Part shown: one piece after another, positions 14,337-26,561 of the stretch
Numbering within the stretch: the first letter of the stretch is position 1
Layout of the letters: each line of letters begins with the position of its first letter
Assembly: GCA_964106645.2 (NCBI GenBank)
Contig: OZ067039.1
DNA: 64,000 nt
Direction: 5' to 3' (one strand)
From: Podarcis pityusensis
Taxonomy: Eukaryota
Notes under the pieces: generated by a model
The model's database searches: none
What the model was told of the DNA's origin: nothing
Seen by the model: only the letters and a program-made list of their open reading frames with translations
Position numbers and translations under genes: made by a program

Positions 14337-14552
14337 GAGAGCCAGTGTAGTGGTTAGACTCTAGGAAGCCAGAGTTCAAATTCCCACTCAGCCATGAAGC
14401 TCACTGCATGATCTTGAGCCAGTCACTGCCTCTCAGCCTAACCAACTTCACAGGGGTGTCGTGGGGATTATAAACAAGGAGCGGAAGAACCATGTTCACC
14501 ACCTTGATCTCCTTGGAGAACAAGGTAGGATAAAAATACAACAAATGCAATA
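14337..14552 (+). mobile_element. tRNA-derived SINE
   Basis: A-box-like GTAGTGGTTAG, B-box-like GAGTTCAAATTCC and an A-rich tail. Homologous copy at 40851-41062. Confidence 0.75.
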
Positions 14553-14621
14553 AGTAAGATGTTCCATAAGGCCTTTCTCTGAGCATAATGAAAGCGGAAT
14601 TGAAACTCTAGCTGAATTTTC

Positions 14622-16382
14622 TTTTTTTTCCCTTTTTTTAAAGATATTTATTAAATTTTCCAATAAAAAGAACACATCAATAAAAGATTAAACATGAAAA
14701 CATAGAAAAGAAATACACAATTCAAAAATACACAATACATAATCCAAAAAAGAAAAAAAGAACAAAAAACAAAAGACCAAAAAAAACAGTTAAAAACAAT
14801 ATCACCTTTTCATCTCCATTTTTAAATTTACTTATTTTCTGGACCTCCTCATACCTCCCTCTTTTGTATTCCAGTTCAAATTGTTTGTCCAGCAATTTCT
14901 TTCCCTCTTTTTTAATCCCAATCTTTAATCTTAATATAATATAACATTAAAATTTTACCTCTTAAAAACCAAGTTTCCATTTCCTTAAACTTTTTTAATC
15001 CTAATCCTTAATCTTAATCTATCTATAACTTTAAATCCTGTACAGCTGGAAGCCACTTGTTTTCAATCCAACATCACTCTAACATTCTTTAATTTTGCAA
15101 TGTTTCTGCAGATAGTCTTTGAATTTCTTCCAATCTTCCTCCACCGACTCTTCTCCCTGGTCGCGGATTCTGCCAGTCATTTCCGCCAGTTCCATATAGT
15201 CCATCAGTTTCATCTGCCATTCCTCCAGTGTGGGAAGCTCTTGTGTCTTCCAATACTTTGCAATGAGTATTCTTGCTGCTGTTGTTGCATACATAAAGAA
15301 AGTTCTATCCTTTTTTAACACCATTTGGCCGACTATGCCCAGGAGAAAGGCCTCTGGTTTCTTGGGGAAGGTATATTTGAATACCTTTTTTAATTCATTA
15401 TATATCATTTCCCAGAAAGCCTTAATCTTTGGGCACGTCCACCAAAGGTGGAAAAATGTGCCTTCAGTTTCTTTACATTTCCAACATTTATTATCGGGCA
15501 AATGATAGATTTTTGCAAGCTTGACTGGAGTTATGTACCACCTGTATATCATTTTCATAATATTCTCTCTTAAGGCATTGCATGCCGTAAATTTCATACC
15601 TGTGGTCCATAACTGTTCCCAGTCAGCGAACATAATGTTGTGTCCAACGTCTTGTGCCCATTTAATCATGGCCGATTTTACCGTTTCATCCTGAGTGTTC
15701 CATTTCAACAGCAAGTTATACATTCTTGACAAATTCTTAGTTTTGGGTTCTAACAATTCAGTTTCTAATTTTGATTTTTCCACCTGGAAGCCAATTTTCC
15801 TGTCCAATTTAAATGCCTCCATTATCTGAAAATAATGAAGCCAGTCTCGCACTTTGTTTTTTAGTTTTTCAAAATTGCAATTTCAGTCTATCTCCATCTT
15901 GTTCCAAAATTTCCCAATATTTCGGCCATTTGACCTCCATATTGACCTTTTTCAAGGCTTTCGCTTCCATTGGTGACAGCCACCTTGGGCTTTTGTTTTC
16001 TAATAAATCCTTGTATCTTATCCAAACATTAAACAGCGCTTTCCTGACAATGTGGTTTTTAAATGCTTTATGTGCTTTGACCTTGTCATACCATAGATAT
16101 GCATGCCATCCAAATACATTGTTAAAACCTTCTAGGTCCAAAATGTCAGTGTTTTCAAGAAGCAGCCATTCTTTCAACCAGCAAAAAGCTGCTGATTCAT
16201 AGTAAAGTTTGAGGTCTGGCAGGGCAAATCCACCTCTTTCCTTTGCATCCGTTAGTATTTTAAATTTTATTCTGGGCTTCTTGCCCTGCCAGACAAATCT
16301 AGAAATATCTTTCTGCCACCTCTTGAAACAATCCATTTTGTCCACAATTTGCAAAGTTTGAAACAAAAACAACATTCTAGGC
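14622..16382 (-). mobile_element. L1-clade LINE, 5'-truncated (ORF2 C-terminus, 3' UTR, A-tail) with target-site duplication
   Basis: ORF2 C-terminal motifs FVWQGKKPRI, ERGGFALPDLKLYY and CWKC-x8-HLWWTC; frameshift near 15850-15870; poly(T) on plus at 14622-14640. TSD AACTCTA(G/C)CTGAATTTTC at 14604-14621 and 16383-16400. Confidence 0.93.
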
Positions 16383-18239
16383 AACTCTACCTGAATTTTC
16401 AGTTCTCATACAGCCTTTGGGTTATTGCTTTAATTCTTAAATCACACAGAGCCACCATCTGCCTTGTTTACTGGGCAGTTTGCCAGATCAATAAATAAAC
16501 TAATAAATAAATACATGCTTTATTGTTTATACTAAGAAACTCACGGCCAACTGGCAAGCTGCTACACTCTGCAGGCCCCTTTGGAGCGGAAAAGTTGTTC
16601 AAACTGGACTTCAAATGCAGCAAACACACCAAATCCCAATTCAGATCTAGGTTCTGCTTCCCAAAGTTGCTTCCAGTGAGATGCCTGCCAGCTGAATTTT
16701 TCACTGAGAAGAGGTCACACTCGCACGAGCACTCTACTTGTCTGAGCAGTGTGATGTCAAAACCATAAACTCACAAAAATCTCAGTTTTCCCTCTCACTC
16801 TCTGCAAAGGAAAAAAGGGCCTCCGCAATCCACAGCAAAGCAGTATTGAAAGGAGGGAGGTTGGTTATTTAGCAGCCACCCCCACATCTAGTGGAATAAA
16901 ATCCCATTTTTAGTTACACACTGCGTGAAAAAGTTGAATAATCTAGTATTTGGTTGATTAAATACAGTGTGGGTGCCAAACCGCTGTGTTTCAGGCATAA
17001 CAGTTTCAGCAGCACTGATCCCTCAAAAGACCCCTTTTGACCGCTACTCAGTACCTCTCTTCTTTCCTTAAAAAAATTATTAATCAAAATTGCATTATTA
17101 TTATTCAGGTTGTTCTATCTAGTTTGCATAGGGTATTGTTTTGGTCTGTGTTATATCCCCAACATTCTCTTCAACCATTAATCCATTTATCCCACTGAAG
17201 AAAGAAAGTAGGTTAATTGCACATAATTTGCTTTTCACAAATCTCTGTTGACCAACTGCAGTCTTTAAGCCTTACAGTCAAATCCTATGGTCTGCTATGG
17301 ATGACGAAAAATAAGATCTGTGTAATATTACACATATCAAAAAATGCCACAGATATTGTATTGGTGTAGCAGCCTAGAATGGTGAAATTGAGTTTGTGCA
17401 ATTGCAGCATGAACCATTGCAAAAGGGAGCTTATAGTCTTCACAGAGTCTCCACAGGGGATTGTAGTAAACACACAAATGGGAACATTGTTCTACGCACA
17501 AACACTATGTGAAATAGCTACGTTACTAGGCATTGCCGTAGATCCCATTCCATTCACAGGCCTGGATAGAGAAATGGGACGTCATCAGAAAAGCGGGAAC
17601 TGAGAAGCACATCAAACAAGAGGACAAGTCTGCATGACCCATTGTGAACCATTAAATGAAAACCTGGATCCCTACAGATATTGAGACAAGTTTCTTTCAA
17701 AACTGAACAGCAGCTTACCACATCAGGGTTACTTTCTGTGGTGTAAAAAAGCTCCAAAAGGAACATACACTCCACGCATGGATGCACAGGTGATATTTTT
17801 GGAGCTCAGCCATAATCAAACTGCAAAAATGCCACACTAGTAAATCGATTTAAATTGTGCGTTTCTAAACGATCCTGTCACATAAAGCAATGCCCCAGAA
17901 TCTTTCCTTGAAAATGATAAATGCATACTTTCCTGTGAAAAACCTGTAATTTACAGACAAAACAATTGGTTCTAATGGACTGAACATTATTCCTGTTAAC
18001 AAACCAGAGCTACATTGTATTATAATAGCAGACATTAGTCTCACAAGGAATGGGGGGGGGGGGGACTATTAAAGAAGAGGGAATAAAGCATCCAAATTTA
18101 GCAGTGACTATTCCAAGAACACAAAGGTGCAAAGCATCTGGATAAATCCCAGTGAAGTTTTCTGCTACACAGCTCATCACCAGGACATTTGCAGAAGACT
18201 GGAACAGATGGGGTAGCTTATGTGCTGCCCTCTAGCTGT

Positions 18240-18572
18240 TGACCTCTAAATGGTTAAGTCCAGTCAAAGGCGACTATGGGGTGCGGTGCTCATCTCGCTT
18301 TTCAAGCCAAGAAAGTTGGTGATTGTCCACAGACAGCTTTCCGGGACATGTGGCTAGCATGACTAAACCACTACTGGCACATGGAGGACCGTGATGAGCT
18401 CCAGCACGCATGGAAGCACCATTTACCTTCCCACCACAGTGGTATCTATTTATCTACTTGCACTGGTGTGCTTTCGAACTGCTAGGTTGGCAGGAGCTGA
18501 GACAGAGCTGGGATTCGAACTGTTGACCTTCTGTTTGGCAAGCCCAAGAGCTTTATACCACAATGCCACCCA
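18240..18572 (-). mobile_element. Sauria-SINE-like element
   Basis: Recognisable blocks GGTTAAGTCCAGTCAAAGGCGACTATGGGG, CATGTGGCTAGCATGACT, TATTTATCTACTTGCA, TGCTTTCGAACTGCTAGGTTGGCAGGAGCTG and a B-box-like GGGATTCGAAC. Family name from recall. Confidence 0.7.
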
Positions 18573-21500
18573 TGGCCTGACAGCACATGAGACCACTACT
18601 CTGCTGAAGCTAAGCAGATCTTATATACATATCTATATACCTTTTATACATAATTTAGTGTACCTACTCCCAGAGAGTTTGCAACACTCCATGCTACAGA
18701 AATGGAAAGGACTTTTAACTTGAGAACTGTGAAACAGATGGAACAGAAAACCAGAAATCCATCCCAGTTCCCAAACAGGGCAATACTCTGCCTAAATGGG
18801 TTTATTGGCTCTAGGTTAAATTTTGCCCCTCAACGATTCAGTGATCCACTAAACCTGCTGAAAAACAGAACCCTTCAAACTAAAAGGACAGAATGTTGAG
18901 CATTTTAACATACCCTGTTTAATTCCAGAGGTCTGGGGGAAAATTAATGAATGACTAAATGAACAGGAACAGACCAAATGAGGACCACTTTACAACTAGC
19001 TTCCAGAAATAGGAAGCCAACCCTATTCAGACACAGCATCCTATATTAATGGGTGACAGTTTCAGTCACTAGATGTAGTGAATGAATGACCACTGCTTCT
19101 GTTCTGAAGATGTGTTTTTGAGAGTTTCCAGTTATACAAAGAAAGTAGGCTGGAAATAATTGGCAGACTAAAAAGAAGGATGAGTGAACTAAAAGAGCTT
19201 GTCCAGGTGATCAAAACTTGCCTTATCCTTCTCCTGTGCCACCTGACATTTTAGCCTTCAGGTGATGGTTCTACACTCATCCAGTCTACCTAAAATGGTT
19301 TGGGCTGCATCTCCTGAGCACAGAATGCAGACATATTACCGTGTCCATCATTTCTTCTTTTTTAAAAAATGAACAATATTTGCACTCCAAAGCTAGATAG
19401 AGAAACCATATAAAGAACTAGATAAAACAAAAGGATTTAAAGGAAACCAATAACCCGGTCTTCTTTTATACAGTGTTTGAGGGAGGCAGGGTTCATGAAC
19501 ACAGGTGACCACACAGAATGGGGCAGGCATAAAACCACACTGGAATGTGGTCACATTGTCTAGAGAACTCTACCACACACCTGCAAACAAACAAAAACCT
19601 GAGTCAATAGAGACATGGTCAAATCCTCCTCACCACATGGGCGATTCCTACAAGCAACCAGGTTCCTCACCCAGTTGAGGGCCCACCACAGGAAGTTCCT
19701 GTCTGGTACACAGTCCCTGTATTGGCACATGTCTCCAATTTCAATATGCAAGCTTGAGGTCTGGTACCTTGCACTGGATTTGACATGGTGAAACATGTGA
19801 TTTTAAAGTTCTAGTTACGGCTTCAGATAACTCCCTGGGTAAGTATTACCCACAAAGTCTGGGAAAAGGTATGTTTGTTGGATTGCCTCAGTCTATATGG
19901 TTGCATTGAGATGAGGAGTTGGTTATAGAATAGGTACTGCCCAGGCACGTAAGTGTGGCATCCCCATGGCATCTTTGTCATCAAATTACCCACAATACTT
20001 CTTTTTGTAACATTTAATCTGAATTTCTCTTTATTGTGGGAAATCTGATAACTGAAAATAGCCTGTTTTACATGGGCAGTTACTGCCTGTGTGAAAACAC
20101 ATTGTCTTCAGGTGTGTAGATTTTAACAGGCGTGCATGGCATTTCGGTGGTTGGCATCTCATATCACACCCCTACATTTGCTCCTCACCTGGGCACAACC
20201 TGCCTAGTTTTCTTGCTGCTGACCCAAACCATTGAGCACACTTGTTTCCATCAATTGCTGCATGCTGAAGGGGTATTCAAATTTTGACAACCCAAGAGCT
20301 GGTTTCTAAGCACAGCACATACACTGGTTTTTTAAAAAAAACAAAATTGACGAGACTTTTTGCAAGACTTTTTTATCACTCTTATGTAAGCTGTAGCCAG
20401 GTAAACAGCATCACTCTTGAACAACACCTCAGTATTTTTTTTTAAAATGGAAATGGATATTGTCCCCTGTCCCCAAAAGCTTCTGTTTTGTCCATTGTGA
20501 ACCCTGATTGCTAAGGTTGGTTGTAGTATAAACACCAACAACTGAGAAACACTGGCCTACGAGTGCTCCAATTGGAGAACAGCCTTTGCCAAAGGTGTCA
20601 TGGGTTTTGAAGATGCTCAAACTTAGGGCGAAAGGAAGAAACACGCTAAGAGGAAGGCATGTTTGGCAAACCCTCATCACGATCAACTCCTGCCCGGAAA
20701 CCTATGTCCCTACTGTGGAAGGATGTGTGGATCCAGAATTGGCCTCCACAGTCACTTATGAACTCACTGTTAAAACCATGTTTATGGAAGACAATCTTAC
20801 TCGGCTATGTGTGATCGCCAAGGAAGAAGAAGAAGCAGAAGAAGCTAAGGCTGGTAATTAGTTCCCCATCTAAAAGCACCTTCTTTCTCTGCCTCTTATA
20901 GCATAAGAAGATAAGAGCTTAATTGATCAGGCCCATGGCCTATTTAGTCCATCATCCTGTTCTCGCAATGGCCAACCAGATGTCTGTGGGAAACCCTCAG
21001 CGCAAGAGAATTCCTTCCCAGCTGCAGTTCCAAGTCACTGGTGAAGATTGCAGGACTTCTTCAGCAAAAAAAGAGATAGCCTCCAGCATCGAGGAACTTA
21101 AGTTTAACACCACTATTTTCAGGTGGGATTCAATCTCATACCAGCAAATTCAGGTTGTGCAATTCTAGTTGATTAGGAGGTCGTGTGCAAACAACCCCAC
21201 TTCTCCTGAAAGATCAGGCTTCTTGCATTCAGGGAAGCAACAGGGAACTGCCTTGGACAGTGTGGGAGAACACTTGCTTCAAATCAGAAGCAAATCAGAA
21301 TGAGTGCTCATTAAATAGCTGGTGACATCTAATCACCCTGCAAGCAAATCAGGATGGATGCTCAATAAACAGGTTGTCTGCGAGTGCCCAAAGGGAGGGA
21401 GGAATGTGGGAAAGAACCTTTACAGTACCTAAGCTTGCTCACAGTTTGGAATGAGAATGAAGGGGTGCTGCTAATGACCTTGAGGAAAATGTGGCTTTCA

Positions 21501-23453
21501 TGGAGGGGTTGGGTGGGAGCAGGAGAGGGGGAACCCCATCCGCGCTGTGCTAGGGGGTTCCTCACACCAGAAGCCATCATGGGCCAAACACCTGGCGGCC
21601 AGAGCACTCATGGCCTTAAAAACCCTCTGCATGTTTCTTCCATGCATGGCTCCCTGCTCCCCCATGGGTGCTTGGCTTCCATTTCTTCCTGACTCCTGTC
21701 CCCACTTACTTTACCCCTCCCGTTCTTATCAATGGATCCCCTATAGCAGCAGAGCAAATTATGCAAAGAAGGAAGCCCCGGGATGCAAAGGCAATTAATT
21801 TGCATGATTTATAGGGAGCCCAGATTTATACTGGGCGGAGAGGGTTATTTTGGTCCAGAGCACATACAGATCCAACTGTGTGCTCTCAGCTTGTAAACGA
21901 CAGGGGGTTGGCACCTCTCCCAGCTGCTGGGTCTTTTCTCTTTCCAACCAGCACAGACCCACTCTTCAGTCTGAACTGGTGGACCTGTGTTTGTCATCCC
22001 TTGGCATAATAATATTTGCAAAACACTTTGCTCCCCTCCCCCCCCCTCAACCCAGGCGGCCACCAGGGACCATCTCTCTGTTTTCCGCTCAGTAAGGCCT
22101 GGGACATGCTGTCCATGGAAAAATCACACTCATCAGAGAAAGAGAGAGAGAAAGAGAGAGAGAGCAGGAGAGAAAACGAGGCGACTACCTGGCTGCCATT
22201 TATAGAATCCTGAATAAGTGCCAATTTGAAAGCAGCCAAGCCCTGGTGTTTATGTCCCTCTTACATTTGCTACGGGATGGTTGATTAAATGCCTGGCGTC
22301 CATTTGGCACAATCCCCTGATATTGTAATTATGCTCCAGGGCCTCAGCCAAGCTGCGGCTGAAGACAATGGGGGCAGTGGATGCTGACAAACAAGGTGCT
22401 TGAGGTTTGGGGGTTGTTGTTGTTTCACTGTGTGAAAACCAATGAGAAAAGAGAAACACTGTGCAACTGTAGTGCTCAGCTCTATGGATGTCCAGGAAGC
22501 TCAGAATGTTCTGTGAGGTGTTCGTTATGTTCTATAGGAAGAGTGAACAGCGTGAAATCCATGCGTGACAAAAGGATGTTGCCTAGTTTGCTCTCGTTCG
22601 TTGCAGTGTGATTAGGCTGCAATCCTAGGCACCATTATTGAAAAGTAAGCCTCATTGAGCACAATGGGACTCACATCTGAGCAAACAAGCATAGGACTGA
22701 GCTGTTAATATATGTCATTTTTGCAGCATGCTGGATAATGAGCTGCAGTGGGTATAATGTTTTCCAGTACTTTAAACTGAGAAGCCATTGTTAGAAAAAG
22801 ACCGGCCCTATTATCAGGCAGAATGAGGCAGTATCCTCAGGTGGCAATTTCCAGGGGAAGGAGAACAGCAATGAAAGGTTGGAAGGACAGAGCTGAGTCT
22901 GCCCTGAGCCAGTCTTTTGCCCTCAAGTGCAATTGAAGGCACTGTCCCATTATCACTGTTAAAGGGAGATTGAGTTGCCAGCCTAGTCAGCTTCTGACCG
23001 TGGAATGAGAGGGGACGCCATCTTGACCTTTGCCTCCGGCAGCAAAATGTCATGGATCAGCCCTGGTTCTTAGTCTGCCCTCAAGGGCAAGGTGGTAGTG
23101 ATGGAATGGGACAAGAATATTAAAAAAAAAACGCCATGGAGTTTTTTTGAGAGATGAAAACCACTTGAGAGATGAGAGACAGGGGTTTTTGAGAACTTTT
23201 TGAGAACTTGAAAGAGAGGGGCAGGACTGTGTCTGGGAGGAGATGTGGTCTCCCACTTGTGTTGGGAGGGTGTATGCCACCTATCACCAAACGGTCCTTC
23301 CTTCTTTGGAACTGCTGTTGGAAAACCCAGCAAGGCTGTCACCCCTATGCTCCTAATCTAATGCCCCAAAGCAACTACACACTCCACAACCCTTATTTAT
23401 GTTAATTCTCAGGCCCACAACATTCAACTTACTTCCTAACAAATGCCCTAGGG

Positions 23454-23776
23454 CAGGGGTCAGCAAACTTTTTCAGCAGGGGGGCTGGTCCACTGCCCCT
23501 CAGTCCTTGTGGGGGGGCGGACTATATTTTGAAGGGGGGGAATGAATGAATTCCTATGCCCCACAAATAACCCAGAGGTGCATTTTAAATAAAAGCACAC
23601 ATTCTACTCATGTAAAAACACCAGGCAGGTCCCACAAATAACCCAGAGGTGCATTTTAAATAAAAGGACACATTCTACTCATGTAAAAACATGCTGATTC
23701 CCGGACCATCCATGGGCCAGATTTAGAAGGCGATTGGGCCGGATCCGGGCCCCGGGCCTTAGTTTGCCTACCCATG
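23454..23776. mobile_element. hAT-type MITE with internal ~60-bp tandem duplication
   Basis: TIR CAGGGGTCAGCAAACT / AGTTTGCCTACCCATG, 8-bp TSD CCCTAGGG / CACTAGGG, duplicated block at ~23560-23620 and ~23631-23691. Confidence 0.8.
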
Positions 23777-24352
23777 CACTAGGGGCTGCAGTTTTAGTCT
23801 TGATTGCGACTTCTATATCATGAACCATTTCTGCACTTAACATACAACAAGTGTACCTCTGTCAGCTTGCTAAGGTCTTATAAAACACCAAGGCTTCAGC
23901 TTACATAACACAGCAAAGGGTCAGAGTAATCATTAACCTTGCCCCTTTTCTAGTTCACTTTGTTCTCAAGTAACCTGTTTGCCTGGATTAAACATATAGC
24001 AATATGTTAAGAGAAGGAGAAGGAGAAGCAGCTCCACAGTGTTCTTCCTACTATTGACCAGGCATGGAATTTGAGGGAGGAAGGACAGGCATTCCCAGGA
24101 AAGGTGGCTTTTAAAAAATAAAAAAGGGATCAAGATCCACTTTCTTCCCTTCCAATGGTTTCAATATGCCCGGATACGTTCCCCAGGAAATGACCTTAAT
24201 AAAGAAAAGCTGTATCACTGGAAAGATCGGAAAGGCTCATTAGCAACATTTAAGCAAGAACAGGAATGTTGTTGGCATTTGATTGGCATCCTATTCGTGT
24301 GTGTGTGTGTGTGTGTGTTGCTAGTCAAGGCATGGGTCATAGAGTAAGGATA

Positions 24353-25063
24353 GGAAACTGCAACTAATCCAGAATGCTGCAGCTAGACTGGTGACTGGGA
24401 GTGGGCACTGAGACCACATAACACCGGTTCTGAAAGACCTACATTGGCTCCCAGTATGTTTCCAATCACAATTCAAAGTGTTGGTGCTGACCTTTAAAGC
24501 CCTAAACACCCTCAACCCAGTATACCTGAAGGAGCGTATCCACCCCCATCTTCCATCCTGGAGACTGAGGTCCAGCGCTGAGGGCCTTCTGGAGGTTCCC
24601 TCACTGTGAGAAGTGAAGCTACAGGGAACCAGGCAGAGGGCCTTCTTGGTAGTGGCACCCGCCCTGTGGAACGCCCTCCCAGCAGATGTCAAGGAAATAC
24701 AGTGGTACCTCGGGTTACATACGCTTCAGGTTACATATGCTTCAGGTTACAGACTGAACTAGAATCAGAAATAGTACCGCGGGTTAAGAACTTTGCTTCA
24801 GGATGAGAATAGAAATCGTGCTCTGGTGGCACGGCAGCAGCAGGAGGCCCCATTAGCTAAAGTGGTGCTTCAGGTTAAGAACAGTCTCAGGTTAAGAATG
24901 GACCTCCGGAATGAAGACATCTGAAGGCAGCCCTGTTTAGGGAAGTTTTTAATTTTTGAAATTTTATTCTGTTTTTTATGTTCTGTTTATTCTGTTTTTA
25001 ATGAAAGCCGCCCAGAGTGGCTGGGGAAACCCAGCCAGATGGGGCAGGGTAGAAAAATATATT

Positions 25064-25101
<38 letters not shown>
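24353..25101 (+). mobile_element. L2-type LINE 3' fragment, interrupted by a MITE
   Basis: Translates KLQLIQNAAARLVTG...DHITPVLKDLHWLPV...FKVLVLTFKALN and ends in (TAT)n. Confidence 0.88.
24700..24914. mobile_element. Tc1/mariner-type MITE (CAGTGGTACCTC family), right end deleted
   Basis: TA followed by CAGTGGTACCTCGGGTTA. Homologous to the copies at 31179 and 53015. Confidence 0.8.
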
Positions 25102-25102
<1 letters not shown>

Positions 25103-25377
25103 TAGAAAAACGATGTTTGATGAAATAGGCAACTGCCAATAAGCTGCTGTTGGAGCCAATTTGTACAAAGAGTAACAGTAGTAATTTTTTAAGTCCTGGT
25201 CTGTGCCCCTACAAGTGGGAAGATGTAAGTTTTTAATGTGTCCTCCTGGACAAGGTGTGTGGGTACGGAGGAAACTCACTTTTTATTCTGAACAAGAATG
25301 CCTTGGAGAAAACTCACAGTTCAGATGTGATTCCTTCTTCTCGAGACATCGCTAGGTTGATATGCTCAGGATATTAT

Positions 25378-25930
25378 TGTTGTACCCTACCCCAATCTCT
25401 GGGTGGTACAAGATTCCAGGGGTTCCGGACGCCTACCTAGGCTTTGTGTTTCCTTCTGGAAATGAGGCACAACGGAGACTGCAGTGTCTTTATGAGATGT
25501 GGTTTATTTGCACATATTTACAACCTGAGTCTACGATGGAGGGGTTCACAGTGTCAGTACCCCAAGAGCGTCTTGCTTCCTCCATAGGCGCAGCCTAGGA
25601 TTCCAGCAGAGAGACAATATGGTGCTGCCTGCTGTATTGCTTCTCAGTCACGTCACTCAGTCACATCACCTCTCTAAGCTAAGCTCTGATTTTATCTTTT
25701 AACTCTGAGCTGAGGGAGGGGCCCCAACCATATGCCATCTTGCACCAAGTTCCTTTGACCCTTTGTAGTCTTAATGGCTTGTCTCCCAGGCGATTTCCTG
25801 GACATGGGAAGCTTAGCCCCAACATGCATCATCTTATGCTTGTCTACCTTGTATTGTCATAGTTTTCCTTTCTGTGCAAATGCCAGTGCTAGCCAGTGGC
25901 CATACCAGCACACTCAAAGGGGAATGGGCT
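25378..25930 (-). mobile_element. Solo-LTR-like element (right boundary uncertain)
   Basis: Begins TGTTG and is clearly homologous to 52197-52685 (AAGATTCCAGGGGTTCC, TGGTTTATTTGCAC, CAACCTGAGTCT-CGATGGAGGGGTT). AATAAA on the minus strand. Confidence 0.55.
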
Positions 25931-26555
25931 GTAGCATTTGCTTAGCTTGCAGAAGGTCAATCACTGGCATCTCCAGGTATGGCTGGGAAAGTTCCCTGTC
26001 TGAAACCCAGAAGAGCTGCAGCCAGTCAGTAGAAACATTAAATAAGATGGACCAATGGCCTGTGCCGGAAGTGAAACAGCAAAGATCATTCTGTGTGCAA
26101 ATTAATGGTTAATTTTGTTTAATGTTAAAGTCAACTAGCCAAGAGGGGAGTGGGTGGAGGTGTTACTTAGCAACCATGCAGAGCGACATGTTTACCAAAG
26201 TTGCACGTGCTCTGATTGGCTGTGTGGTCCTGAGGGATTTTTCCTCTGTATGTTTGGTTGTATGTCTCCCTGCTATGCACAAGGCCTGAAGTAAGAAAGA
26301 CAAAACCTCTCTGTTATTGTTCAATTTTCTCAGTAAAGTGTAATCAGGATTTCTTTTCTCTCTGGATTTTGCGACATTTAAGTTAAGTTTCCTAGCAGCT
26401 CGACTCAGTATAAGGCAGCTTCCTATGTTTCTAAATGCTAGACATTACTATTCTTTCCCATCCACACTGCCAAGGGGCTCCATGGACTCCTGAAGAATAT
26501 GATTGTGAAAACCAAGAAAAGCGCATCACATCACTTGTAAAATTTCAATTTTCTT

Positions 26556-26561
26556 TTTATT
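26556..26561 (-). terminator. Candidate KLF15 polyadenylation signal AATAAA
   Basis: TTTATT on the plus strand. Upstream UGUA elements and a downstream GU/U-rich tract (GTGATGTGATGCGCTTTTTCTTGGTTTT) on the minus strand. Confidence 0.6.

Noticed and set aside
1-25300. Exons of the expected syntenic neighbours (e.g. ALDH1L1, SLC41A3)
   Set aside because: No recognisable peptide from these genes was found; short exons could have been missed without a search.
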